NCBI GenBank assembly: GCA_040003795.1
Contig: JBDUBV010000001.1
Span: forward strand, 1 to 45,692
Source: Pseudonocardiales bacterium
GTDB taxonomy: Bacteria > Actinomycetota > Actinomycetes > Mycobacteriales > QHCA01
Direction: 5' to 3'
DNA length: 45,692 bases
Position 1 is the stretch's first letter; the number at the start of each line of letters is the position of its first letter. Of the stretch, positions 24,863 to 35,323 are shown piece after piece. Below the pieces are notes generated by a model. That model saw only the letters and a list, made by a program, of their open reading frames with translations, did not search any database and was not told the origin of the DNA. The position numbers were made by a program, and so were the translations under genes.

Positions 24863-26811
24863 TCAGACCTCGACCCTGACGACCTTGCGCAGCCAGAACG
24901 CGCCTACCGTCAACTGAACGGCCATCACGATCAGCAGGAGAATGCCGATCGGATCGGTGTAGAGCACCCGGATGTAGTCGCCTCGGACAAGGAGCAGATA
25001 GATCGAGAACAACACCGGCATCGCGAACAGAATGGCTGCGGAGAGCTTGCCCTCGGCGGACAGCGACAGAACCTGTCGACGGATGCGCTCGCGCTCCCGC
25101 AGAGTTGCCGCCACCGTGGTCAGCACCTCGGCCAGGTTGCCTCCGACCTCGCGTTGGATCCGGACGGCCATGACCACCCACGCGAAGTCCTTGCTCTTCA
25201 TGCGTGCGGCGATCGCCTCCATGGCGTCCTCCACCGGGAATCCCAGGCGGGATTCGACCAGCGCCTTCTTGAACTCACCGGCCATCGGCTGGCTGCCCTC
25301 CTGCACCACTGCGTCGACCGCCTGAGGGAAGGAATACCCGGCCGAGAGGCTGCCGGCCAGCAGTTGGAGCACGTCGGGCAGCTGATTGAGGAAGGCGGCC
25401 CGGCGGCGGGACTCCTTGAAGTTCAGGTAGCCGATGGGCACCCCGACCCCGATGAGCAGACCGACGAGTGTGGCGGCCAGGCTGCCACCGCTGAGAAGCA
25501 GCAACAGCACCGGAAGCGCGACCGCCACGCCCATGTGGATGAGCAGGAATTCCGCTGGCTTGAGCGGTACACCGCCCGCCTCCAGGCGCCGGGCCAGGCC
25601 CGACTCGAAGTTGCGCTGGGCGACGACGCGGCCGGCGAACTCAACGGCGCTGCGGGCGACGGCGTTGTTCCCGAGGGCGGTCGTCTCGCGCTGTGTCTCT
25701 TGGGCATTGCGGCCGGTCAAGGTGTAGATGGAAAGCCTGCGATGGACCTGCCCGTTCCTTCCGGGGGAGCGCCCGAACAGCACCACCAGCAACAGCAGCA
25801 GGAGACCGGCGAAGAGGGCTCCCACGGCGACATAGAGGCTGGTGCGGCTGGCCAGCGGGCCGACCGGGAGATCGACGGGCTGGGGCCCCTGCGCCGCCGG
25901 CTTTGCTTTCGCCTTGGTCGTCTTGGCGCTGCCGAGGCGGACGTAGCTGGAGTCGCGCAGCAGGTCGCCCCCGGCTCGGGCGGTGACTTCGACGGTCTGC
26001 AACTGCCCTGCGAGGTCGGCAGGGATGGGCACGCTGATGGCGAGCTGGTTCGACACATCCTGACCTACCTTGGCGAATACCCGGGTAATCTGGTAGGCCT
26101 TGGTGGCCGGGTACACCTGCCCGCGACCGCTCGCGGCAATTTTTGCCAGCGTCGCCTTGTCGGCCTGCGCGGTGAAGGCCACGGCGTCCACGGTGGCCCC
26201 GCTTGCCCCTGCTGCCGCGAGGACCTTCGTAAGCGTGGTCTTGCTGCCCGTGTCCGCGCCGTCACTGAGCAGTAGCACCCGTCGGGAGCCCGTCTTGCCA
26301 AGTACCGTAAGTCCAGCCTGAAGCCCGTCATACAGTGCCGTATCGCCGACAGCGGATAGGGCGTCGATAGCGCTGTTCACCGCGACCTTGTCGGCGGTCG
26401 GGGCGATCCGGACCGACGGCACCTTGGCGAAACTGACCAGGCCAACCCGCACGCCGTCAGGGACCCCCGCGACAAAGGTTTTGGCGGCCGCCTTGGCCCC
26501 AATGATGCCATCACCCTTCATGCTGCCGCTGGTGTCGATCACCAGCACGACGCTGATCAACGCCGTGGCGGCCGGCTGTGTGGACAGCGATTCTGCTTTC
26601 GCCGGGAGGTACCGAGACCCGACCTTCACTTGAACAGTCGCGGCGTCGATCATGGCACCGTCGGGCAGGTCGCTGCCACCGAAGATGATGGCCAGCTTGC
26701 CGTCGGCGCTGCTGATCTGCGCGATGTGACCGCTGGCCGCACTCGCGGGGCCGGCCAAGAGCAGGATCGCGCAGAAGCCGGCTGCTGCCACGGCCAACCA
26801 CCGCCATTTCC

Positions 26812-26815
<4 letters not shown>
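24863..26815 (-). CDS. tadB: fusion protein: signal peptide + extracytoplasmic vWA domain (complete MIDAS) + TM + TadB (T2SS F family)
   Basis: 650 aa from the GTG at 26815, in a GTGA overlap with the cpaF stop. The signal peptide is WRWLAVAAAGFCAILLLAGPASA. MIDAS elements are VVLVIDTSGSM, GDTALYDGL and VLLLSDGADT. The TM is SLYVAVGALFAGLLLLLLVVLFG. A standard-length T2SSF domain follows (LPDVLQLLAGSLSAGYSFPQAV...). Confidence 0.85.
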
Positions 26816-28193
<1,378 letters not shown>

Positions 28194-28197
<4 letters not shown>

Positions 28198-29390
28198 GTT
28201 CGTGCCTTCCTGCGCAGCAGCCCGCGCCGGTCTGTCCGGAGGTGGCCGGGGACGGCCGAGCGGTGCGTGGTGTGGTCGACGACGTGCCGCTCGCCGAACT
28301 GCCTGATGGCCTCGCTGACGGGGTGGCGGGGTGAGTCGAGGACCAATGGCACCCCGCGGTTGACCGAGGCGGGCACGTCGCGCGAGGAGGGGATCTGGCA
28401 GGCGATCGGCACCTTGAGCGTCTTCTCGACGTCCGCCAGTGCCAGCCCGACCTTGGAATCGGCGCGGTTGAGAACGACCCGCCACTTCTCCCGAGGGTAG
28501 TTGAGCAGGTCCAGCGTCTCCAGGGTGAGCTTGAGGTTCTTCAAGGCCGGGATGTCCAGTGTGGCCAGCAGAGCCACGACGTCGCTCTGGTCGAAGGCGG
28601 CGAGCACATGGTCGGTGAACGCCGGCGGGGTGTCCACCACTACATAGGGGAACATCCGTTTGAGCAGATGCAGCACCTTGGCGACAGTTGCGGCCGGGAT
28701 GGTCTCGGCCAGCCCTGGCTCCACCGGCGCCACGAGCGTGCTCAGACCGGGAGAGTGTGGGGTGATCAGCCCCGCAACTGCTGCCTCGTCCAAGGTGTCC
28801 GACATCGGCACGGCATCGGCAAGGGTGTGCGCCGGAAAGAGCTGCAGGGTAATGGCGACATCGCCGAAGGCCAGATCGAGGTCGACCAGGCACACCTCGC
28901 GGCGGCCCCCGTCAGCCAGGGCTGCTGCCAGGTTGGTAGCCATCGTCGTCTTCCCACAGCCGCCCTTGGCGGCGAAGACCGTGACGAGGCGCCCGGAGTC
29001 GATCTCGTCCTCTTGACTGGCCTCTGCCTGGTCGCGAAGCGCGTCGGTGATGCGCAGCGACCGGTGTGCGGCGGCTCGCAACTCGTTGGGGTCGGCGTCC
29101 GCCACGACGTCACGCACGCCCGCGCGCAGGGCCTCGGTGAGCGTCACGGCATCGACGGTGTGCCTGACCAGGATGATGCCGACCTCGGGCCGGACAACCC
29201 GAAGTGACTGAGCGAGCGCGAAGGCTTCCGACTGCTCGACACTCGGGCCGATCATGATGGCCTGCAGGCCCGCCTCGTCGGCGAGTTGCCGCCGCAGCGA
29301 GTCGACGCTGCCGAGCACCCGCCACCCGGCGCCGAGCGTGGCGCGCAACGTCTCGGCAACGACCTGGTCGTGCTCGACGATGTAGCTCAT
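28194..29390 (-). CDS. tadZ: TadZ/CpaE-like protein: atypical receiver domain + MinD/ParA-type ATPase
   Basis: The N-terminal receiver-like domain lacks a clear acidic pocket. The deviant Walker A is VFAAKGGCGKTTMATNLAAAL, followed by VCLVDLDLAFGDV and YVVVDTPP. Confidence 0.85.
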
Positions 29391-29403
29391 GGCAGCTCCT
29401 TCC

Positions 29404-30174
29404 TTACCTGAAGAGGTTTTGCAGCGTCACAGCCGTGCCGGGTGTCAGGGTCGCGGTCGGACTGAGCAGGACGAAGTACACCTGCCCCTGCTGTGAGGCG
29501 AACACGAGTTTCGCGGCGTCCTGCTGGTTGAGGGCTAGCGTGAGGAGGGCCCTCGGCAACTGCTGCTCCGGGTTGGCGCCGGCGGCGGTCTTGCCGTCGG
29601 TCTGCCCGTCCGTGACGGCGCTTCCGCCGGCGGTCGCGCCGACCGCGATCACCTGTGCCTTGGGCAGGAGCAGCTGCGTGAAGGTTGCGGTCCCGCCCCG
29701 CGTCGCCCCGCCGGAGGGCGAGAGTGTTACGAAGACGCCAACGCTGCTGCCGGGCGTGACGAATCCTGCGACCCGAGCCGGATCCGCGACTTGCACGCTG
29801 GCTGCGACCATGCCAGGGGGCAGCGGCAGGACCGATGTCTGCGCCTGGCTGCCGAACTTGACTGCAAGGATCTGCTCACCGGGATAGATGGTCGACAGCG
29901 CGACCTTGCCGTTGAGAGTTGACAGGGCGGCCGGGCCCAGTGCACCGGGCGCCGCAGCAGCCCGGGTTATCGTCTTTTGATCGAGCATCCCCTTCTCGGC
30001 TGCCTGTGCCGCCGACGTCCCGACCGATATCTGCGTCTTGGCGACCAGCACCTCGACGGGGTTTTGACCGCGCAGGGCTCGAGCGTTCGCCGTGCTGGCG
30101 TAGAGGAACACCAGTACGGTGCCAACTGCTGCCACTAGAAGCGCAGCAAGCAGTAGCAGAGTTCGCCTACCCAT
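29404..30174 (-). CDS. cpaB: Flp pilus assembly protein CpaB/RcpC (SAF domain)
   Basis: N-terminal TM (RRTLLLLAALLVAAVGTVLVFLY), then VEVLVAKTQISVGT (SAF-like) and GEQILAVKFG, then a beta-rich C-terminus. This is the typical CpaB layout. Confidence 0.85.
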   Translation of the reverse strand: MGRRTLLLLAALLVAAVGTVLVFLYASTANARALRGQNPVEVLVAKTQISVGTSAAQAAEKGMLDQKTITRAAAAPGALGPAALSTLNGKVALSTIYPGEQILAVKFGSQAQTSVLPLPPGMVAASVQVADPARVAGFVTPGSSVGVFVTLSPSGGATRGGTATFTQLLLPKAQVIAVGATAGGSAVTDGQTDGKTAAGANPEQQLPRALLTLALNQQDAAKLVFASQQGQVYFVLLSPTATLTPGTAVTLQNLFR

Positions 30175-30195
30175 ATGAGATCTCCAGAATCATTC

Positions 30196-32070
30196 TTAGT
30201 ACGGACGGTCCTTCAATGTACAAGTCGACAACCATGCGCCCGGTGGGCAGGTGACGTGTACCAGAATGCCGATGCGCGGACCCGATCCCACGAAGGGAAT
30301 CGTGGCGCCGCCGGGATTCGCAATCCAGTCCAGGCTGAACACGTACGCTTTGATGGCCGTCACCTGAGTACCGTTGTTGTTGGTCTCAAAAGACTCCACG
30401 AAACTCCCCATGAATCCCGTGATGGGATAGAAGCCATTCGCCTGGTTGCCGTCGATATCCAACGTCGGCACCAGGAAGAACTGTGGGCAGTCGTAGATTT
30501 CTTTCTTCACGACTCCCGCGGTGGGGGTGCCGTTGATATTGTTCTCGAACTGCTGAAGCGGGATGGTGAGAAAATCTTGCAGCGAGTTGTTCTCGATGTT
30601 GGTACGGGCCTTGACAGTCCCCATACTACATGGCGGGATGGGCGGATTCTTGAGACGTGGCGGTAGTTTAGGGTTGTTGATGCCGTCGAGGAGGGCCTGG
30701 GTCGCCGATGAAAGCTTATTGCCGTTTTCCACATCGGCACAGTTGAATCGATTGTCGGAGCCGTCGTCGATAATGGCGCCGGCTATTGGCGTAGAACCGA
30801 CCAGGCATTGAGTATTCGTGGGAGGGAACGGCTTCGGGAAGATACCCGGAACGTATTTGGCGCCAAGGATGACGTTCTGCTCCAGGGCAGCAGGATTCGG
30901 GTAACCCTTGAGGTCCAGGTAACCGAAGTTGCCGGTCGCTGAGGCGCAGGGGTCGACGAGGTAGGTGAACTGGTCTGCCGCAGTGATCGCTGACGGCGTG
31001 CCGTTGACCGTGACGATGACATCGACCGTCCCCGCGCCCGTCGGCGCGATCGCCGTCAGGGACGTGCTGCTGGTAACCGATACACCCGTGGCGGCGTTGC
31101 CTCCGAAGGAGACCGTGACAGTGCCCGGTGAGAAGCCCGTACCGGTGATGGTCACACTGTCACCCGGTTTGCCGCTGTTCGGACTTACGTTGGTGACAGT
31201 GGGGGCCGCGACCGCGTTGTAGGTGAATGTGGCCGTGGCCGTAAACTGTCTGTTGATCCCGTTACCGGTCTGCACCTGCACAGAGAAGGTGGCCGGGCCA
31301 GTCTGGGCAGGGCTCGTGAATCGCACATGGGTGGCATCGACAAAGGTGGTCGTCACAGGCGCGCCATTGACAAGGACCATGCTCTGTCCACCCCCCGACC
31401 CCACAAAGGCTGTCCCCGTACCAGTCACCGTGACGACCGTCCCGCCGGCTGCTGGACCGTTCGAGGGCGATAGGGAGATTGGTTCGTTCGCGAGCAGCGC
31501 TGAGCGCATCGCGGCGTTCTTGCCGTTGGTGTTGTCGTGGATGCAGTAGAGCCCGCCGGTGCCGCCGGTGACGCCGAAGGGGAGGATCTTGCCCTTCGCC
31601 GGGCTACCAACTGTCGCCTCGGCAGCCGCGTGCACGGTGCTCGATGAGAAGCCCATGATGCCGGCGAGCCCGAAGTTGACGGTGCGCCGGGGCACGATGA
31701 CCCAGATCCTCTGGCCCGTTGTGCCCGTGGTGACCGTGTTGCCAGTGGAGTCGGTGACGATGATCTCGCCGTTGGCGTAATCAGGACCGTCGTTGTCGCT
31801 GTAGCAGGCGGGACAGGTGGCGTATGTCTGACCGGCCACAGGGTTCTTCACCAGGTAATCGAGCGCCTTCGCGCGAGCTTCGGCCACATCCGGCAGGCCT
31901 TGCGCGCCGGCCAGGGCTGCCAGGTCAGCGGCGCTCTGCGTGATTCGCTTGCGGGCCTGCATGTTGCCGAGGTCGACCCCCAGCGCACCGATGCCGAACA
32001 GGACGACCGCGAGCAAAGCGCTGAGCACCGCGATGGCACCCTCGTCGCGGCGAAGCCTGCAGGAAGTCAT
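30196..32070 (-). CDS. TadG-like pseudopilin/adhesin: Tad N-terminal domain + two IPT/TIG domains + Cys- and Asn-rich C-terminal domain
   Basis: 624 aa from the ATG at 32070, in an ATGA overlap with tadE. RDEGAIAVLSALLAVVLFGIGALGVDLGNMQARKRITQSAADLAALAGA is a TadG-type N-terminus. GGTVVTVTGTG... and GDSVTITGTGFSPGTVTVSFGG... are two IPT/TIG repeats. The last ~250 aa have no family I recognise. Confidence 0.75.
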   Translation of the reverse strand: MTSCRLRRDEGAIAVLSALLAVVLFGIGALGVDLGNMQARKRITQSAADLAALAGAQGLPDVAEARAKALDYLVKNPVAGQTYATCPACYSDNDGPDYANGEIIVTDSTGNTVTTGTTGQRIWVIVPRRTVNFGLAGIMGFSSSTVHAAAEATVGSPAKGKILPFGVTGGTGGLYCIHDNTNGKNAAMRSALLANEPISLSPSNGPAAGGTVVTVTGTGTAFVGSGGGQSMVLVNGAPVTTTFVDATHVRFTSPAQTGPATFSVQVQTGNGINRQFTATATFTYNAVAAPTVTNVSPNSGKPGDSVTITGTGFSPGTVTVSFGGNAATGVSVTSSTSLTAIAPTGAGTVDVIVTVNGTPSAITAADQFTYLVDPCASATGNFGYLDLKGYPNPAALEQNVILGAKYVPGIFPKPFPPTNTQCLVGSTPIAGAIIDDGSDNRFNCADVENGNKLSSATQALLDGINNPKLPPRLKNPPIPPCSMGTVKARTNIENNSLQDFLTIPLQQFENNINGTPTAGVVKKEIYDCPQFFLVPTLDIDGNQANGFYPITGFMGSFVESFETNNNGTQVTAIKAYVFSLDWIANPGGATIPFVGSGPRIGILVHVTCPPGAWLSTCTLKDRPY

Positions 32071-32519
32071 AGGTTCACGTTGCATGCGTAGGGTGATCCT
32101 GACGTGACTGAGCCGAGACTCTCAACGCGCGAAACCGCCTTCTGAGTGGGCGAGCCGGTGATGAACGGCACGAACGGGAACCCGAAGGTCGTGGGTGCGT
32201 AGGTGACCGTGGCCGTAGCGTCCGCTCCTTGAGTCGCCGTGCCGCCGGGAGTGAACTCGATCTTCACGTTGGTCACCTTGACGCCGGCTGCCGCAGCCTG
32301 CACGGAGTTCGCCAGCGTCGTGCAGTTGTTCACCCCGAGGGAAGCGAGGCGAGCGCCTTCGCGAGTGCCTGCGCTCGCTCCCTGCAGTTGGAAGAAGTAG
32401 TAGCCGTACTGGATGACGGCGAAGACCAGGGTCAGAAACAGCACGAGCACCAACGCAAACTCCACAGCCACCGCCCCGTCCGCTCTACGGCACCGAGGGC
32501 GAACTCGGGACGACATCAC
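32067..32519 (-). CDS. tadE: TadE-like minor pilin
   Basis: 150 aa: RRADGAVAVEFALVLVLFLTLVFAVIQYGYYF is the TadE N-terminal motif. The start is GTG 32519 or ATG 32516, behind an AGGGGGG Shine-Dalgarno. Confidence 0.8.
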   Translation of the reverse strand: MMSSRVRPRCRRADGAVAVEFALVLVLFLTLVFAVIQYGYYFFQLQGASAGTREGARLASLGVNNCTTLANSVQAAAAGVKVTNVKIEFTPGGTATQGADATATVTYAPTTFGFPFVPFITGSPTQKAVSRVESLGSVTSGSPYACNVNL

Positions 32520-32659
32520 ACCCCCCTAACAACATGCGGCCCCCGCAGGATGAGCAACGCTCCGTAAGCGAGGCCGTCAAAGGATGACACGCCCGCGGCG
32601 GTGACGGTAGCGCTCCGGTGTTCAATGACCCGTCCGGTGTGCCTATCTAGTCCGTTCGG

Positions 32660-34162
32660 CTACCCGCTAGCCACCGTTTGGACCACTCTCGCCCGGACCG
32701 GCAGCGATTTATACGTATTCACCGTGCGAACCAGGGAGCGCCCGCCAAGGAGCAGCACCGGCACTCCGATCAGGATCGAGAGGATCCAACTGCCCGCATA
32801 AGCGCCAGCGCTGACCGACATGCCGATCAGGGTGGTGCTGACGGCCAGCCGGGCGCTGTAGATGGCCATCGATCCGGGCGGCGCGGGAGTGTCCCTGGCG
32901 CCACGCAGGTCGGCGCGGTGTGGATGGCTTACCGAGAGCTTCATGCAGGTCGCCGTCACCCACAGGGCGCACGCTGCGCTGGCAACCACCAGCGCCGCGA
33001 TCTGCGGCCCCGTAGGTGCGGTGGTCGCCCGGATCGCCGCCGCCACGACCACCGCGACGATCGCCAGCAGACAGGTTTCGAGGACCACCCAGGCCTTGGC
33101 CACGGCTGCCAGGGCCGGCCGGTGGGGCAGGGAGGCCAGCCACAGCGCTCCTGACGCGTCCAGGCAGAACGCGTTGACGCCGAACAGCAGCCCGGTGCCA
33201 GCGGCGACCAGCCCGGGCAGCAACACCAGCGAGTTCCAGGACACACCCAGGCTGACCGCCGCGAGAGCGGGTAGGAGCATCAGGACGAGCGCGCCGCGGC
33301 GAAGTGACGGCGTCCGCCACACACTCGATCGGTCGGTCCTGCGCAAAGCACTCAACGGCCCCTGTGCCGGTGAACGGCGCCGTACCGGTCGATCATTGCG
33401 TCGAATGCCCACTCCGGGCCGGCGCAGCGCCCACGTGCACGTGCGTACACCCAGGAGTGGGAGCACGGCAGCGACCGCCACGAGCTCCAGGAAGCCGCGG
33501 GCCCAGGAAAGGTAGAGCCCCTGTCCGCCCTGCAGCACCGTGACCACCACGGTCGTCGTGGGTAGCCGGTCCAGCACCCGGCCGGTGTAACCCTGACGCA
33601 CGGCCACGGCCGTCGCCAGGATCAGCCCAGCGGCCAGCGACCAGATCACCGCCCGGCCGGCGCGTGACTGGCGGATGCCGATGACCGCCCAGGCGATTGT
33701 CTGGCCCAGCACCGTGATGAAGGCCACGTAGGCGTACGTCGTCGCGAGCGACAGCGCCATCAGGTACGGCTTGTGGGTGACAGCGCCGGTGAGGGTGGTC
33801 AGCAGCAGCAACTGGGAGAGCCAGGCGAGGTTGAGCGGCGCCACCGCCACCGAGGCCAGGAAAGTCGTCGCGGGCCGGATCGGGTAGCCGACCAGCTGAT
33901 CGGCGGGGAACAGCTCGTTGCCGCCGCCCGCGGCCAGCGGGGCCACCAGGGCGAGCACAGCGAAGCCGGCGAACGCCGTTGGGGTGAGCAGCCGGGCGTT
34001 GGAGATCAGCCGCGGCGGGACCAGGCGGCTCGCCAGCGCGGCAACGATGATCAACAGCACCACACCGGCCAGCAGCAGGAGCAGCCCGGTGCGCGTGCGC
34101 CCGGACCGCACCATCTGCCAGCGCAGGGCCACGAGCGCGCGCAACTGCCCGAGGGAAATCAC
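32660..34162 (-). CDS. ABC transporter permease-like polytopic membrane protein
   Basis: 500 aa from the GTG at 34162, in a GTGA overlap with the ATPase stop. It has at least 10 hydrophobic segments and no motif I can place in a named permease family. Confidence 0.65.
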   Translation of the reverse strand: MISLGQLRALVALRWQMVRSGRTRTGLLLLLAGVVLLIIVAALASRLVPPRLISNARLLTPTAFAGFAVLALVAPLAAGGGNELFPADQLVGYPIRPATTFLASVAVAPLNLAWLSQLLLLTTLTGAVTHKPYLMALSLATTYAYVAFITVLGQTIAWAVIGIRQSRAGRAVIWSLAAGLILATAVAVRQGYTGRVLDRLPTTTVVVTVLQGGQGLYLSWARGFLELVAVAAVLPLLGVRTCTWALRRPGVGIRRNDRPVRRRSPAQGPLSALRRTDRSSVWRTPSLRRGALVLMLLPALAAVSLGVSWNSLVLLPGLVAAGTGLLFGVNAFCLDASGALWLASLPHRPALAAVAKAWVVLETCLLAIVAVVVAAAIRATTAPTGPQIAALVVASAACALWVTATCMKLSVSHPHRADLRGARDTPAPPGSMAIYSARLAVSTTLIGMSVSAGAYAGSWILSILIGVPVLLLGGRSLVRTVNTYKSLPVRARVVQTVASG

Positions 34163-34863
34163 GCCAGCAACGCCCGGTAGCGGGCGGCTCCGGCTTCGCC
34201 GGCGAGCTCGGCGGCGGGGGAGGCGGCGACGACCGAGCCGCCCCGGAGCACGACCGCCTCGTCGCACGCCTCCACAGCCAGGGCTAGTAGGTGCGTGGAC
34301 ACCAGTACCGCCGCACCGTCCAGGCGGGCCTCGGAGATCACCAGCATCGCGGCCTCGACACCGAGGGGGTCGACGCCGTCGAAGGGCTCATCCAGCAACA
34401 GCACGTCAGGGTTGTGGAACGCCGCCAGCACCACCGACATCCGGCGGCCCATGCCGTGGGAGAAGGTCGCGGTCGGCCGGTCGGCGACGGCGGCGAGGTC
34501 GAAGCGTTCGAGCAGGTCGCGCGCACGGGGCTCCCAGCCGCCGGGCATGTTCCGCAGCCGAGCTGCCAGCGCCAGGTGCTCCCAGGGCGTGGCCCGGGGG
34601 ATCAGGCCGCCCACGTCGGGGCAGTAGCCGACCCGGGCCCGCACACCGGAGGGGTCGCGGGCGGCGTCGATGCCGGCGACCCGGATCGAGCCCGCCGAGG
34701 GCGGTTGCACGCCGGCCAGCACACGCAGGGTGGTGGACTTCCCGGCGCCGTTGCGACCGACCAGGGCCACCGACGCACCCGCGGCCACGGTCAGGTCGAA
34801 GGCCGTGACAGCCCGGACCGCACCGAAGTTGACGTCCAGTCCGCGGACCTCTACCAGAGACAC
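34159..34863 (-). CDS. ABC transporter ATP-binding protein
   Basis: Walker A GRNGAGKSTTL, Q-loop, the signature-like FSHGMGRR, Walker B LLLDEPFDGVD and H-loop STH. Confidence 0.9.
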   Translation of the reverse strand: MSLVEVRGLDVNFGAVRAVTAFDLTVAAGASVALVGRNGAGKSTTLRVLAGVQPPSAGSIRVAGIDAARDPSGVRARVGYCPDVGGLIPRATPWEHLALAARLRNMPGGWEPRARDLLERFDLAAVADRPTATFSHGMGRRMSVVLAAFHNPDVLLLDEPFDGVDPLGVEAAMLVISEARLDGAAVLVSTHLLALAVEACDEAVVLRGGSVVAASPAAELAGEAGAARYRALLA

Positions 34864-34865
34864 GG

Positions 34866-35315
34866 TCAGTGGCTCGGTGCCGGCGACGGCGGGATGGCGA
34901 TGACAACGCCCTTCAGCCGGTTGGCGATGACCTCGGCGATGGGCTGGTAGATGTCGCAGTCCACTGTCCAGTTCTTTCCCGCCACGAACCAGTGGTAGCC
35001 GGCCGTCTGCGGCTTGGACTGCATGGCGCTCACCTGGTGGTTGAGCTCCCAGTCACTGGCGTAGACGGCAAGCCTGACGGAAACTCCTCGGACCAGGCAT
35101 CGTCCTTGTGACTGCGCGTCGGGATGCCGGGCATCCTCCTGGTAGTGGGTGCAGGCGAGGTGAGCAGCCTGCAACGCCTTGCTGAGAGCTGGTGCGTCGG
35201 CGTACCGGCCGTTGGGTGCCGGCGGCTTCACCGGGGCCGTGGAATGGTGCGAACAGCCGCCGACCGGAATCAGCGCGGCCAGGAGGGCCCAAGCGGCGAT
35301 TCGGCAAGGGATCAT
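34866..35315 (-). CDS. small lipoprotein, function unknown
   Basis: 149 aa from the ATG at 35315. MIPCRIAAWALLAALIPVGGC is a signal peptide with a lipobox-like VGGC. The mature part has four further Cys. It starts 6 nt after the fadD stop. The long 5' extension to 36089 is rejected. Confidence 0.6.
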   Translation of the reverse strand: MIPCRIAAWALLAALIPVGGCSHHSTAPVKPPAPNGRYADAPALSKALQAAHLACTHYQEDARHPDAQSQGRCLVRGVSVRLAVYASDWELNHQVSAMQSKPQTAGYHWFVAGKNWTVDCDIYQPIAEVIANRLKGVVIAIPPSPAPSH

Positions 35316-35323
35316 CGGGCGGT

